Origin: Paraspadella gotoi
Lineage: Eukaryota > Animalia > Chaetognatha
NCBI GenBank assembly: GCA_051294375.1
Contig: CM119263.1
Coordinates: 13,718,414-13,782,413 of the forward strand
Reading direction: 5' to 3'
Length of the DNA stretch: 64,000 bases
The notes under the pieces are model-generated. The model saw only the letters and a list, made by a program, of their open reading frames with translations, ran no database searches and was not told the origin of the DNA. Position numbers and translations under genes: made by a program. Numbering within the stretch: position 1 is the stretch's first letter; each line of letters starts with the position of its first letter. Shown piece by piece: positions 1 to 53,366 of this stretch.

Positions 1-1868
1 TAGAAATAGCAGAGTCAAGATGATGATTAACGGGACAGACTGAATCCCAAGAGCCCGACCGTTTGGCCAGCAAAATTTATCCATCAAATGGAAAGATAGA
101 AAAAGAAGTCCGTTACTTTTAGAGCATTTTTCAATTACTATTTCTTCGATTGTCACAGCCAAAAGGCCTCGGGCTCGGGAATAGATTGTCCAAAGCAGGG
201 GGTAAGCGCCATTGTAGTTAAAAACTCCCCCAATAATGTACAGACGAGGTTAACATGCAGTTATCAGTTACTGATATTTTTCCATCAGTAAAAAATATGT
301 TTCCGAGATTAGATTGAAGAAAAGGAGCGCAGAGTTGAGCAGCATTAGAGCCTTAATGTTCTTAAAGCTTTTTCTTTGGTTGGTAAAGTTTTGTAATAAT
401 AGCTAAAAACCGTGTTGTCGAGAAATTGTGCTACGGATAACTGCATGATGTCTTTCCAAAACATAAGGAACACCACGAACAGTTAAAGCACATAATTAGT
501 AAACGACAAACAATAATTAGTGAATTTTTGCTGTTCAGGAACATCATAAGGATATCTACGGGAACGAGGTTAAGTTCCATGCGATGATTTCCTTGTGATT
601 GTCGCTGCAAGCCAACATTGAAAATTAAAAAAAAAAAAAAAACACGTTGAGCAAAATACTAGCAGAATTGTAAAAAAAAAGCACGCATTGATTTTTTCTG
701 CCCTCTTTTAGCTCAAAGAGTGGAGCCTCATGGTGTTAATCGCATTATTAAGCTCGATTGACTTCACCTTTTCGTCAAAGCGAAAGGGAAAGGGCTCAGC
801 CAATCAAATTCGTGTAGCGCGCGTCACATCAAGCACCACCATGTGTTACGTTAATTTACAAAAAAAGTACATAGAAAAAAATTATTTTTCTTTGATCTTA
901 TATATTTCGCCAGTTGGTAAAAACGTTGAAAAAGTTTTCTACTACGACAGAAAGTTCATCGTTATTTCCAACAAGGAGTGACCACGTTTTCTTTCCTTTT
1001 TGTGCACACAGCGAGGTTAACTATGAACTAGGGATTAAAAAGCGTCATAGCAGCGACCTTGAGGTGTTTATCGATATAGACCAATATTTATAAAGGATAA
1101 CGCCAAACTTATACACCGGCGTCGGTCTTTGAGATCTTGCTTTTTCAGTATTTTTTTTGTTTTGTTTCGTTTTGTTTTGGTTTTTTTTTTTGCGAACTTC
1201 TCGAGTTTCAGAAACGAGTATTTCTCAAACTCGAGACGGAGTTGATGAAAATTAAAGTGATGTCTGTCGAGGTTCACCCATACTACGACTAAGTTGAGCA
1301 GTTATTATATAACACATTATTACAAAGCATGAAGCATGTTTAACATCAGAAAGGTTTTGTTAAAAAATAATAAATAATGACGACGAAATATCGGCAGGGA
1401 CGGGCCCGGGATGGTGTGTCCGCAGCCCACCCGGGACCGTAGCTCTGCCGGTTTAATTCTAAAATAGCGTCTATCATCACAATTCATTTTTGCTATGTTT
1501 TGCATCAGAAATTAAAAAAAAAGATATTTGGTTTAAAAAATGACGTATGTAACCGCCACGGCAAACACCCAAGCTAGCAAGGATAATCAATGAAGCGAAT
1601 TTGTAAGTAAAAAAAATGAGAGATGTTCATAGGAATAAAGATGATTTTTGTTGAGATGAGGTCGATGAGATTAAGGACTAGATTCATGGAGTCGGTTTTA
1701 GTCGGGGGTTTTTCGAGGGTAGGGGTAGGGGAGAGGGGTTTGTTGGGGTAGGGATTGTTGGGGATGGGGTCGTAGTTTTCGTCGTTGTTATTGTCGTTTC
1801 GGATTTTTTCTTTTTCGTTTTCGTTTTATTTGGGTTTGTTGTAATCGCGAATTCGATGACATTTTTAG

Positions 1869-39581
<37,713 letters not shown>

Positions 39582-42500
39582 GATTAAGGGTTGGGTCGGC
39601 TTCTCTCCCTGTCGCTAGGAGACGAGAGGAAGGGAGTCGAGGGACGCGACGGAAATAATGACGGAGATCGACGTAGGGAGAAAATGGCGCTAGGATATCA
39701 CGAAAAGCTTAATGTATCACATTGACGCATATGTTGCCACATGTCAATGGTGCGGTTAAATTTCTGAAAAATGGGAATTGGGGGGGGGGGAAAGGCGTCA
39801 TTTCAAAATTTCATTTAAGTTTGGTAAATTTAACGGATAATTAAATAATATAGATATTTAATTTAATTTACGATGTTAAACTATACTCGTTCCTTCCTTA
39901 TTGACTCGTCGCCCGCGAGAGTTATGTTCCCCTTAACCTCAAAATATTAACCTTGTTATGAGACGAACACGATGCTTGATGGTTTAACGACGACGATGAT
40001 GATAACTGTCAATAAAAAAGGAAAGAAGATAAAAAATTAGAGACATAATTTACTTAGGAAGTGAGGTGGTAAAAGCGGAGGAGGTAGCGGTAAGGGGTTG
40101 AGCTAGGGAGATTTAAAAAAAAGGCTGGGGCTCGGGGGGGGGGGGAAGGAAAACGAGGATTTTGTAAAAAAAAAACGCGTAAATTTGAATTTAAAGTCGA
40201 CCTCTTGGCCGGACGCTTTTACGGGTTCGGGGATGATATTTTTGACGTTTTTCAATTTATTCTGACTGGAAGAATTGAGAGGCGAAGAGAGGGAAGAGAA
40301 GTGTTGGAAGATGGAGAGAGAGAGGGAGAGAGGAGAGACGAGGAGAGAGGAGAGAGGAGAGATGAGTTAGAGAGAGAGAGAGAGAGAGAAAGAAACTAAT
40401 GAGGGCGGGAAAAGAAAGTGAAAGTCAAAATAACATGTCCGACAAAAAGATTACGAATGATGATAAGATAAAATTAAAGATGCGTTTCAATTTTGGGGGG
40501 TTTGATTTGGTCTTTTTCTTCCAAAATTTTTAAATTTTACTAAATGGTAAAAACAATTTATAAATAAATCTAAATACGTAAATTACGAAATTAAAAAGAA
40601 TTTATTTTATACAAAAATGTTCATTCTTTAGATTGAAAATTTTAATGATTATATGAACGGGAAATTAATAAATTATCCGATTTCCATACATACAGTTCCC
40701 GCGATCATAAATCCCAGTAACGTTTTTTGCTCAAGATTCTTAACTTGGAATTTCAAATTATAACTCGAGACGTAAAAAAAAAAAAAATTTCCATGATGAG
40801 GTCATTAGTTTTTTTTTCCCAAAAAATATTCATGAAAAATTACGTTAGGTTACCCTTTATAAAAGGCGTGTTAAAAGACGATTACCGAAATTAGTGGCCC
40901 GTTCTATTTTCTTTTTTTTTTTCGAGCTACGCGACGCTTCGTCTTATTAGACATTTTTTTTGGGTAAATACATAAATACTTTAAATAGATACCTGTATAA
41001 ACGAAGGATGAAACGCGAGAAAGAGAGACGCTACGACGAAGAGGCCACAATTCCTGAGCGGATTACTTTTGTTTTGTATGTTTTTGTTTTGTTGAAGTTT
41101 TTTTTGGGAGGAGGATATTTTCTTTGACTTAAGCGGCGACTGAAGAGGGTCTGTACACCGAAATAGATAAAAAAAAGTAAAAAATATTTTAATTTAAACG
41201 AACTAGAGTAAAAATACAACAAAGTTAATTTTATCACTTGTTAATGAAGGAAGACAAAACGTCTATAAAATACTTTAAAATATTTTATATTATACAAAAA
41301 TGTTTTATGCTTGCCTCGAAGAAAATGAGTCTTAACAAGACTTTCTCAAACCAGGGGAAAACCGATTGATTTAAATCGGCGATAAAGTAAAAGGTATTGG
41401 GGGTGATGCGTTTTAGAGGGGGGGTATTCGCATTGGTGCTGTACCAAGTGGATAAGAAAGAAAGAGGTGGAAAGAGGAGCATATTTTGTGGTTATGCGAG
41501 AGGGGGGGGGGCGAAAGGTGTTTGAGTTCGAAGGCGGATTGTTGATTGAGATATCAGAGTTGTTGTTGTTGCCTTGCCGAGATACATTGTCTGAACTGAT
41601 TCTCTTATTACGATTATCAAGATGTAATTGGGAATGTAACACGACGCAACAATCTCAACTGGTTTAAAGAAAAAAATGAAATAATCAAGGAATTGAGGAA
41701 ACAGTCTCGACGTCTCCTCGTTGAGATTTAGGGCACGGGGAACGGCCTCGGCGCGATTCGACTCGCCGGGTGGGTAGGGGGGGGCGTGTTTGAGAGAGAG
41801 AGGTATTTCGAGGGCCCAACGGGGCGGGTCGTTGGGGGCGTGCCAAGAGGGCCGGTGGGAGGGAAGAAGCGAATGAGTCGGCCAGAAGGGCCAAAGCGAA
41901 GGAAGAGCGAGCGAACCGCGCGGGCCAAAGCGCTCGCTAATCCATGAATCCGGAAAACCCAACTGCTGGGATTCTGCCAGAAAAGATTTTGGCAATCGGA
42001 CGCATTCTGCTTCGAAAAAAGGTGGCAAACGGCCAGTTTTGAAGGGAAAAAACCGAAAACATTAGAAAATCCAGAACTTGAAAATCAATCAAACGCAATT
42101 CCATTTCTCTGTTGTTTATATTATATTGATCTGAATTAAGAAAGAGAGAGAGAGAGAGACAATAGACAATAGACAATATTAATTACTTGCGGCTTTAGGC
42201 ACCTTGAGGGCCTTTAAAAGCTACCTATTTCTCAAGAATATTTACAAATTGTAATTGACTTTGAAACAAAAGTGCATCGCACTTCTAACTACACTCGGTT
42301 GAACAAACTTCATGAAACCTCTCCAATTGACAATGAACACAGATTCGCTCCTTTCCTAGTATTTCCCAGAGAGAGAGAGGGAGAGAGAGAGAGAGAGGGA
42401 GTCAGCCAGTCAATTCTTGAGCCAATTGTTTTTCTGTTCTACGGTCCGTTCTTTCGCTTTTCTTTTTGAAGTTCTTCTGCCAGTTTTGCTTTTCCGAACT

Positions 42501-45500
42501 TCGATCTTTCCAATATTTTCCGGCAGAAATTTGTCTGGCAAGAAGCAACAGCACCAAGAACATCCCAACTTCCGACTCAAAAACTTCCGGGTCTACTATT
42601 TTTTTTTTAATAGCTCCCGACGGGTTTGCTATCTTGATCACAATCATGAAACAATGACGTAAGGAGATGTGGTAGAGAAGGTGCAATGTCATTGAGAAGG
42701 TTTTGTGATGATATTGGTATCTCGTGAGGGTGAAGCCGTTTTAATCACTCGTCAAAAGTTCGGGGGGGGGGGAAATCGTTCAAAAAATTCTCAAAAATTA
42801 AAAATTCTAAATTAAAAGGGAAAACTTCGAAATACTAGTAATCATACATAAACTAAAGCCAATTTCAATTTACTATTAAAACGATTCTTATATGGATATT
42901 ATAATTATGTCAATATTTTCTCAAAACACTCTTCGATTATTTGCTACATAAAAAAGATAAATTTAAAATATAAATTTCATAATAAAACCTCACCGTTCAC
43001 GATGTTTGTTGATTTTCGATCCCGCAACGACAGATTGCTGCTTTTTCGTTAAAGTTTAAGTTGTTTCTGCTGTTGTTTTGTTTTTGTTTTTATTGTATGT
43101 TTTTTTTCTGATCGTAAATCCGTTTTGTTGCTGTCGCTGAGAAAATGCCGACTAATTATGCTGCGTTTATCACGAGAAAGAGCGATAGCTTCAAGTGTTT
43201 GGATTTTTCGATCGAATTTTATTTGAATCCAGCGATTAACTATTTTCGTTGTGATGTTTTTTTGTTTGTTTATTTATTAAGAAGCAAAACGTCGGCGCTG
43301 GAGCGAGAGAGGAGACGAGCTAACCGTTTTGTTTCTTGGGGGCAAACTGGCAATTCGGTGACGATGTAGATATTTATATATGTATCATTTATATATAAAA
43401 ACTTTATGTTTTGTGTTTTTGTGTGAAGTTCTTTTTTTTTTCCAATTCGAATTTTACGGAAGAATTTTGGGAATATTTTATATACAATTTTAAACCGTTG
43501 GTCGTTTTGGTGTTTTTGTTTTGTTTGTTTGTTTGTTTGTTTTTTTTTTGTTTCAAGAACGAAGAGTTTGTGAAGGCGAATGCAATGTTAAAATTGGCTT
43601 TTGTTTGTTTATAAATTTAGCACTACTTGGCGGATGTTCGCTTATCCCAGAACGCGAAGCGATGAAGAATTCAATATTTTAGTATCAAATTTTAGGGAAT
43701 GGGATTTTAAAAGTTTGTTTTAATCAGCAAATATTTCGCTTTTTACAATTTTACAGTTGATGGCAAAAAATCAGTTGTGTAGTTTTTTATACAATGTTTA
43801 GGATTAGTGCTTGTAGTAAGATTACGGGTGGATGTTGCTGGGCTTTCACGTGCATAAACAATCGATGAAAAAGAGAGATAGGATGTAGTTTAAAAAAAAA
43901 AAGTAAGGAGTAGTTTTTCAAACTAATATTTCACTGCAATTACTTGGTTGTATCTTCAAGTATAGCGGTTATAAATGAATAGGTACGACGTTTGTTGCAG
44001 TTGCTGTTGATCTTGGTTTCCTTGTTGTTGTTTTGTTTTTGTAGTTGTTTTTTTGGTTTTATTCTTGTTGTTATTCTTTATTGTTGTTGTTCTTCGATAA
44101 CATATAGGACATATTGCATTAAGTTGGATGGCTTTGACGAAACCTGCTACTTCTGCTACTTTTTGGTAAAAAAAGTAATCTTCGCTACTCGCTGCTGTTT
44201 TTTTATTTTTGGGCCCGTGCGTCAGCGGATTAGGGTGAACGAATTAATCGTAACGATATATAATAATCCTTAACGAATAAGAAACGTAAATTAATAGTAA
44301 TAAAATTGAATTTTTTTGAGAAGGGTTACAACTTGTTTCGCTACTTCGATGAAGATGAAAGGGTCGCTTGTGATTTATCGTTATCGTTGTTAATGTTTTT
44401 TTTTTTTTTAAATCTGATTAACTGTCGTTGTATTTTTTTTATTATTATCGTTGGACGTGTACCCGCTTCGTGGTCGCGGTCAAGGATACTTCTGCCGATG
44501 CAGTTATCGCACTTGTGTTTCTTTGTTTTTTGTTTTTTTTGTTTTGTTTTTTTCGAAAGTGAGGCACCGATTTTGAGTCCCGCCTTCTCCGAATTCTCGA
44601 CGGGTTTCGAGCGAGACCGAGTCAAAATGAGACGGAGAGAAAGAGAGAGAAAAGAGATGGAGAGAGAGAGACGGGGAAAAAGATTGATAAACCTGACTAT
44701 CACTGAAGGTATAACTGCAATCGCAGATGCATTTCGTTATCCTTAGATTTTTTTTTCCTTTTTCGATGTTTGTGTTAGTAGAACATTTTCTTTTTTGTCG
44801 ATTTTTTTTTTTTAATGGCGGCGGTTTTATTGTTTTTCTTACCTCCGCCAGTTGTTCTTTCCTCCAATATTTTGGCGCCGTATGGAATCTTCTGGTGAGT
44901 TCAGTCTTGTAAGTCCATACGGCGGCAAACTTTGGATCGTCTTTATTATTATATTAACAATATATTTTTATTTGAAAAAAAAACTTTTTTAAGTCACACA
45001 AAATCGAATGGACCACGAAGAAGATAAGATTTTTTGTTTGTTCTTTATTAAAGAAAAGAAAAAAGTTAATAAACCAAAATCGGGTGGTTGTTTTGGTCTT
45101 GAGTTTTTATATTTCCCCCTTTTTTTTTGCGAAGAATAATAATAACAATAAAACGACACTAAAATCCGCAACTACTGTAGAAAACAGAATGAAAACGAAT
45201 TTCTTTTTTTCCCTTTTATTTCGTTTTGGCAAATTTTTCCGTTGAAATGAGATTTAATAAAATCCTGAAGAAACGTTGTTCTTTCGGTTTTTTTGTTTTT
45301 TGTTTTTTTGTTGTTTTTTTTTTGCGGATATAAAAAGAAAAACGTTGATTAGGGAGGGTTCGGGTTGAGGGTTGTGTCCGTTAGAGGTCCAGGTCTAAAA
45401 ACTTTTCCGTGGATACGAGTTCGTTCGCCGATCGATTCGCGCGTTTAATTATTCGATGTTTGTTTTTTTTTTATCCGCGAGAAAAGAAGAAACGACGAGT

Positions 45501-45721
45501 TTTATTCCAATTTTATCGCGTCGATCCGGGGGCCGATCGATTGGGGGGGGGTGAAGTGAGAGAGAGAGAGAGAGTTTTTCGATGAGGCGGTGGTGGGATG
45601 GGGCAAACACGGCGAGGAGAGGAAAAGGGGGGGGGGAGGAAAATAGGGAAAAATTAGAGACAAAATTTCTTGTCGGATCTAAATCTTTTGAACAACGAAT
45701 CGAAATGTAAACAACAAGATC

Positions 45722-45796
<75 letters not shown>

Positions 45797-47115
45797 ACGG
45801 CGCGCGTGCATTCGAAAACCCGGCCACGGACTCATCCCTCGATCGTCGACGTCGTCGTCGTCGTTTTCGACAGTTGCCGTCGGTCATAATCACCAAAATC
45901 AATCCCAATATCCATCGGCCTCCACATCCTTTGCATTCTTTTTGACATCAAAAGCATTTCATCTTCAATGCGCCGTAATTTATTTATTTTACTTTTTTTC
46001 CATTTATCAAAATTATAATTAAATGATTGGGGTAAAATAGGTTTAATAGTGACTGTCGGCGCTAAAAGTTCTGTGGGTTTCAATCCTTTTTTTTTTTTTT
46101 TTTGGACCACCCGTTTGGTCTCAAGAACAAACGTCAAACGACGTTGACGCGAACGTAAACATTCTAACCGGGCCACGTCACACAGAGTAAAACGTCACGC
46201 ACGGAGAGACATTTACCAAAAGTAACAATGAAGGGAGTTCCTCGTAAGAGGCCCGGGCAGTGTGGTCGCCAATGATGGTAGAAAAGATCAGAGTTGGCCG
46301 TTCTGTGGTATCGATTTTTGAAAGCCACGGATTTTTCTATGATCGGAGTCGAGGGGCGGGGAGTTTGGGGCAAGGAGGAGGAGGAGGAGGAGGAGGGGGA
46401 CGAGGAGGAGTAGGCGGATGAGAAGGATGAGGAAGGAGGGGCGTGGTCACGTGGCGCCAACGGGGAGGCGTGAACGTAGCTGCGGAGTAGCGGCAGTAGC
46501 TGGGACTCTGAGCGCCCGGAAGGATGCGAAGCGGGCGCCTGGCATGCAGACATCAATGCGCGGAGGGAAAGGCGCTGTGGATTGGGGAGAGAAAGAGGGG
46601 GAGAGAGAGAGAGAGGGAGAGAGAGAGAGGGAGAGAGAGAGAGAGTTAGTTTTTTGCACTTTGATACCCTTTGTTTTTGTTTCATGAAAAAGTATAAGCT
46701 TATTGTATTTCAATAAGATGAAATAAAAAACGGTTAGCAATATAACCTTTGTTATCATTAATCTGCAATAGATTCTACAAAAAAAACTTACTAAAAACAA
46801 AAGATAATTGAATTTTTTCTGCATTAATTTTAGTTTATTTCAAAAGATTTGCCTTCTTTCAAAATCATTTTAGAATTGGCTCAGTTTAAAACCGATTGTG
46901 AACAATGCAGTTTTTCACCTTACGAGAAAAAAAATCAATACAAGTAAAATAAATCTTGAAAGTTCGTTGCTTTGTTTGTTTCATTTTATTTCTCATACAA
47001 TATTTTGTCAAATTTTGACGGAAGAGATCACCACCACCACTTAACTATATACTCTTTACTTGTTTTTACTCAACTTTTTAATCATCCCGCCGACCCCCCA
47101 GCCCACAACCCCACT

Positions 47116-47167
<52 letters not shown>

Positions 47168-47832
47168 CCTCTATCCTCTCTCTTCTCTCCTCTCTCTTCT
47201 TTCCTCGGCGACTAAAAAAATTACTCATTTATTCACTCAAACGAGCGTAAAGAGCTTTTTAGGTTTGGGCACAAATGATTAATAATGATGGGATATCATA
47301 GTCGTTCATCCCCTGAGTCCGATTCTCTTCTCCCATCCGCTTTTATTTAAGCGTCATTAGGAAAGAAGACAGAGATGGCGCTCCTTGGTTAACTGCGCGT
47401 TTTCACGGGGGGCGCTGTGGGGGATGTTGTGTGACGGACGACCGAATATCACTCAATCTCAGTCCTCTTTGGAAATAAATAGTATATAAAACAAATACAA
47501 AATTAAAGAAGAAAAGGCAATTTTAATGTGTTGCGCCTCTCTGTTCTCTTTGTTACGAATGCACTTTTCTAAACTATTTTGTATACCTAAAATAACTAAG
47601 TAGTACTGTTACTTTTTGATCACATATAACCGTATTTTTATTGAGTAGTATAAAAAATTCATAAGCAGCGTTTAATGATACCTTACCTTAAATTAAGTAT
47701 ATTGACTGAGTTTTATATGAATTATTACGCATTGACTTCTTGGTCATGTGAATAAGCGATCACTTACCTGCACAAGTGGGAAACATAAAGCATCTCATGG
47801 TACATAACCTTTCAACCAATTGTTATCCCTTA

Positions 47833-47900
47833 TGACTGACGGACCGACTGAAAAGTGAGCTCAAGAGTTGATCCGCGAATAATCGCGGAGAAACTAAAAA
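47833..47900 (+). mobile_element. Second Helitron/HINE-like terminus
   Basis: tgactgacggaccgactg...TCCGCGA-ataa-TCGCGGA gaaactaaaaa; resembles 8085-8173. Confidence 0.4.
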
Positions 47901-49559
47901 CGAAGACGAAATCGCTGACCGATTTGCCTCTTGTTGTCTTTCGCGGCTTATCTTTTAACTTTCGTACTCATTAATAATGTTTTAACAAACAAACTTTATA
48001 ATTCAAAGTTTCTATAATTTCTGTTCTCTCATGATCTACTTCATAATCTCCCTTAGAATCCCACGAGGTATTCAAATTTTCTCTTCTTTTTTTCTCCGAT
48101 TCGCGCAGGCGCAACACTCCATGACAAAATAATTTTCGTACAATGACGCTCGGGATTATCTCAACTCACCTTGCCGTTGGATGGGCCCGGGATTCGACGC
48201 TTTGGAAAAAAAAGTAAGTGAAAGTAGCGGCGAGTCGCGTTGCGGGCGTGGTTTCGATGGCGCCGCGGCCCTCATGACGGGCGCCGCTCAGCAGTAGGGT
48301 CAACGAGGGACGGGGCGGGGAGAAGCGGAGAGACGCCGCGGCCGAGAAGCGGTCATGAGGGTCGGGGCGCGACGAAACGATGATGGGTTTATTTTTTTCC
48401 CCTTTATTTTTATTATTGTCTTTAACGTTATTACTAAAATTAATTATCGCTAGATTTTTATCGTTAAGTAAAGTCGAAGACTCAAAATGAAAGCGGTTGT
48501 TGCTGTTGTTTCTCTTTTTGTTCCTTTCGTTTTTATAGTGGTACATGGAAGAACTAAAAGGTTTCTTGCATTTCAAACTTCCCATCATGTTTTGTCTGAA
48601 AAAACAAAAGAGAAAAAAAAAAAGGGAAACGATAGGAGGACTAATGATCGACACGGGAAGAATGGTTGTGGTGAGAAGAGCAAGAAGAGTTGCTAGAGGT
48701 GTGGATGTGGGGGTTGGGAGGAGGGTAGACGGGTGGATGTGGGGAAGTGGGGATGTGAAGAGAATACACCCGGCGGAGGGGGGGGAGATGAATTTTATTA
48801 TACTTGAATCGTGATGATTGAAAAAAATTAAAATCGATGATATAAATTGAAAGCGAGACCTCGAACGATCGATAGAATGTAATCGAATATAATTTCAATG
48901 TATCGAAAGGATCCAATGAAGTTGTCGTGAGAAATTTGAGAAGAGAAATAAATTCGTCGAAAGAAAAAAAAATTGAGAAAAGGTTATGATGCTTAAAAGC
49001 GGAAGGATTGACTCCGAGAGAGACGAGGAAAAATAGAAAATGGCGATAATATTCAGAAGGAATGAAAAGAATAAGAAAATAATATTTAGAGAGTCAAACC
49101 TAATTTACAAGACACATTGGCACAACGATTTAAAAATGAAGTGGGAACAAAGATTCCGCGTTAGTGTTTAAGGCGAAGGCATAATAGAATTCGTCAAGGA
49201 AGGGAGTCTATGATAGTCTACAAATTCATTCATAAAATTATAAATAAAAAAAATATGTTTATCCGTTTATCCGTTTATCCGATAGGGTGACAGATGAGTG
49301 GCGACAGATTGACCCCCCCCTCTAAAAAAAGGGAAATTCAGCTATCGGACGAACCGCTTGAACGTAAATTAGTGATTGTGATGATCTAATTCGATTTTCG
49401 AAAATTCTCAGGCGAATCATCATCGTCATCATCCCTCTTTCCTGAGCTTGAGATTAAAAAAGAACATGGATACCGATCAGGCGATCCCCATCTTTCACAT
49501 TAAATTTTCGTTTTCCACCGCCGCCTTTCAGATTCGATAAAACGCATAACCTTTCGGGT

Positions 49560-49670
49560 TGGGGCCGGAGTTTGAGAAATGGCCGGAGATAGAAAAATGG
49601 CCAAAGATAGAGAAAGGACTTGAGGTAGAGGAATGGCTGGAATTGGCTAAAGGGCCGGAAAAAAATATGG
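49560..49670. repeat. Degenerate 18-nt minisatellite
   Basis: ggccggag.t.gagaaat-like units. Confidence 0.6.
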
Positions 49671-50506
49671 AAGAAGCTCTGGAGTTGAACCATAGTTTTA
49701 CATAAAACAGTCAGAGAAAAAAGATATAACAAAAAAAAGGATTTAAAAGAATAAAAAAGAGTAGATAATATGATATTATAAGAAAATATAATAATATATT
49801 AAATATAAATATTAAGTATAAAACTTTCACAAAAAAATTCATAAGCCGCTTTCGATGTAATAAAAAATAATCCTAAACAAGCAAAATTGAGGGGCGAAGT
49901 GGTCAGTAGAAGGTTGAAGGCACCGGACGAACAATATGCTCCGCCGAACAGACTTTCCCCACTTCCCCCAATCACCTAACCCCTAATCACCAAACCCCCA
50001 AACCCCTTTTGACTAATTCATGAATGAGGCTTGGATGATTCAGCAAATTTGAGACACGGAGAGGATTGAGGTACCGGGAGAAAGGGAGAGGGAGAGAGAG
50101 AGAGAGAGGGAGAGAGAGAGAGAGAGAGAGAGAGTGAGAGTGAGAGTGAGAAACATAATTAAATTCAATTGAATTGTTTCGCTTTATAGACATATGGATG
50201 AATGAACCGACGTATGGCTTAGGATGAATGAAAAATGATTATACGATACAAACCAAATATCTTCCAAGAATGAAGCACAATAAAAAAATAATAAAAAATA
50301 ATAATAATTCCAAGGAGATATTACTTATTTACTTTCTGTTTTTTCGACTGTCTGCTGTTGTTTAACAATGTAGATTTTTTTTTTCATTATTTTTTCTCAG
50401 TCTTTCTCGCTCCTTCTTCCTCTCGCTTTCCATTTTCCTCTCTCTTTCAGTTTACTGATCCTGCCCTTTCATGCTCCAATGGGCTTCTATCGATTTCTTT
50501 TGTCCC

Positions 50507-50598
<92 letters not shown>

Positions 50599-50984
50599 AG
50601 CGTGCGGCGCGCGCATCGGCGTACACCCGCGAAGCCCCGGGTGCCCGCTCGGCGGATATGCATTCTCCCCCCCCCACCAGCGACCTTAGCAAACGAATCG
50701 TTCCATGGGAGGACGAGCGACGCGGGATCGGAAGTCACGAGATCGCGCCCCGTGCCAGGAGTTTAAATATAAGTACAGCGGTACTAAGACCAAAACGTTA
50801 AACGGTAAAATCGTTCATGAAACAGGAACCACATAATCTTTATGGCCTGTACGCCTTTACGCCTGTACAGTGTACAGTGTACAGTGTACACTGTACAATC
50901 TACAATGTACATTCTCGATGGGCCAACCCCACGATACCCGGGATTCTGTTGACAACAACAACGACGACAAAAACGGAGAAAAGA

Positions 50985-51125
50985 CTCGGCGGCGCCATTC
51001 TGCGTCCCTCGCGCGAGATCCAAATCTGGGGATGGAAGACGAAAACGACGCGGCGCGTGGGCGGAGGTGACGTCACGTGACTCCACGTGTGCGAGATCCG
51101 CCGGAAGTGACGCGCGCGCGCGAGG
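50985..51125. promoter_or_regulatory. Candidate promoter: CpG-rich cluster of YY1, CRE, E-box and ETS motifs
   Basis: GGCGCCATT near 50991, TGACGTCA 51068-51075, GTCACGTGAC 51072-51081, CACGTG 51084-51089, CCGGAAGTG 51101-51109. Confidence 0.5.
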
Positions 51126-51381
51126 AAAAAAAAAGGAAGAGCGCCGTCTTGCATCATTCAAGGAGTTTTTCGAGGAGGAGGTGGGGCGGAGGGAGGAGGA
51201 GAAAGTGGAGTGGAAAGAATAGGAGCAAGACAGAGTAGAGAGGAGAGATGGATTAAAAGAGGCAGCGCAAGATTAAAGATTAAAGATTTTGAAAAGTGTT
51301 CAAATCTTGTTTTGATAATTCGTTTCTCTTTAATTGGTCACAAAAAAGAACGAACGTCTGGACCAACAAGAAAAGGGGGGA

Positions 51382-51499
<118 letters not shown>

Positions 51500-52350
51500 G
51501 CAAGAAGATGTCAAAATAATCCAAGTAAGGACTTTCATTGACAGCAAAAGCTGGAAACGAACTCGAGTCCCTGGAGAGAAGACTTTAGATTAACTCGTCA
51601 ATGGTAGAAGAGATTCTGATTGGTCGAAATCCGTGTTGATTGGTCAGATGCAGAGAATCTGTGATAAAGGAGAGTTTTCTCAAGTCTTTTGCTCATCATT
51701 TCCGGGGCGCGTTTTTTCTTAGTCAAAAAAAATTTAGTTCATGTCAAGAAAATTAATGTGTTAATTTCTCATCTGAATAAATATAGATGGTCTGATATAA
51801 TTATTTAAACCAAATCTTACACACACGAATCTGAAACGATAGCTGATAAAAAAAAACAGAAAAAAAACAGCGGTTTAAGACGTGAATTGAAAGCCGAGAA
51901 AGAAAATTTAAAAATCGATACAAACTGATTATTGCAGAATGGGAAAGATTATCCAACAGAGTTACTGTCCCTCCAAAAAATATCTTGAAAACGAAAAGCA
52001 ACAAGTCCCGAAATAACGACGATGCAGTTCGAGTCGTGATTGCGATGAAATGAAAGGAAGTAACAAAAAGACGAATCGATACGCAGTTCAAGATTTTCCC
52101 TTTTTTTTTTTCTCTTTTTGCTTCAGCGAAGCGACGATGTCGTGATATTCAGTGTTTCAACTACAACTACAACTCGCATTCGATTCCATTTGTACCTGTG
52201 GTTCCAGGTTTCGTGTTCCGACATCGGGGACGTGGAAAAGGGGAACCAACTCAACTTTGCATGTCCGGGGAATTTTTGCAACGCAAGAAATGAATAGAAA
52301 GAAAGAAGAAATTTAAGAAAGAAAGAAAAAAAGAAAGGGTAAAAGAAAAT

Positions 52351-52414
<64 letters not shown>

Positions 52415-53263
52415 AGGAAAGAAGGAAAGAAAGAAAGAGAGAAAGAAAGAAAGAAAGAACAATGTGACGATAGAGCAACAGTGTTGTTCCAAAATCGACA
52501 TCAGTGTTCTTTCAGGTCAAAGAGACAATCGTCGGGAAAGAATGGAAAAGAGGAGAAAGAGAGGAGGGGGGGGGCGACTGTTGCATTGCGCAAAAGTTTA
52601 GCGCTTCTAGCTTAAATTGATTTTTAGAATGCATTTATTCGTTATACATATTTTGTAACAAGGCGCATTATTTAATTATGAGCTTCATTCAACCTTTTCT
52701 TAAAAAAAATTATAAACTTTGGGGTTAAGTTTATGATGATGATTAGCTAATAGGCAACCAATAGTTAAACGCTGGTCAACAGACGACCAACATATGGCCA
52801 ACAGATGACCTACTGGTGGTCAACTGCCGGCGAACCGATGCCATCAAATACCCAACCGATGGCCAAACGAAGGCCAAAAAGACACGAAGAGTCTAAATGG
52901 GAACCTTCCAGGGGGCAAGGGTTCCCCTTGAGCATTTTGCTCATTAATTCGCGAATTATTGCCCGGCTTTCCTCAAGTCTAAGATAGAAATTTCTCTCTG
53001 GGTTTTTCTCGGTTTTAAGACGGTTCTGATCTTTTTCCTTTCTCTGAACCTCTTCCCCATCTTTTTCCTTTCTTTCATTCTTCGTTCGATATCTCTCTTT
53101 TCTTTCATTTTTCCTACAATATCTTTCCTTTTTTCCTTTCCTCCCTTTCTCTTCGTCGTCACCAAAACAACTCTTTAGTCTTCACTATAAGAATCGAGTA
53201 AAATGGGGTTTTTATGGAAATTCCATCTCGGATCCGCGGCGGATTAAATCTCTCTGTCTCTGT

Positions 53264-53366
<103 letters not shown>

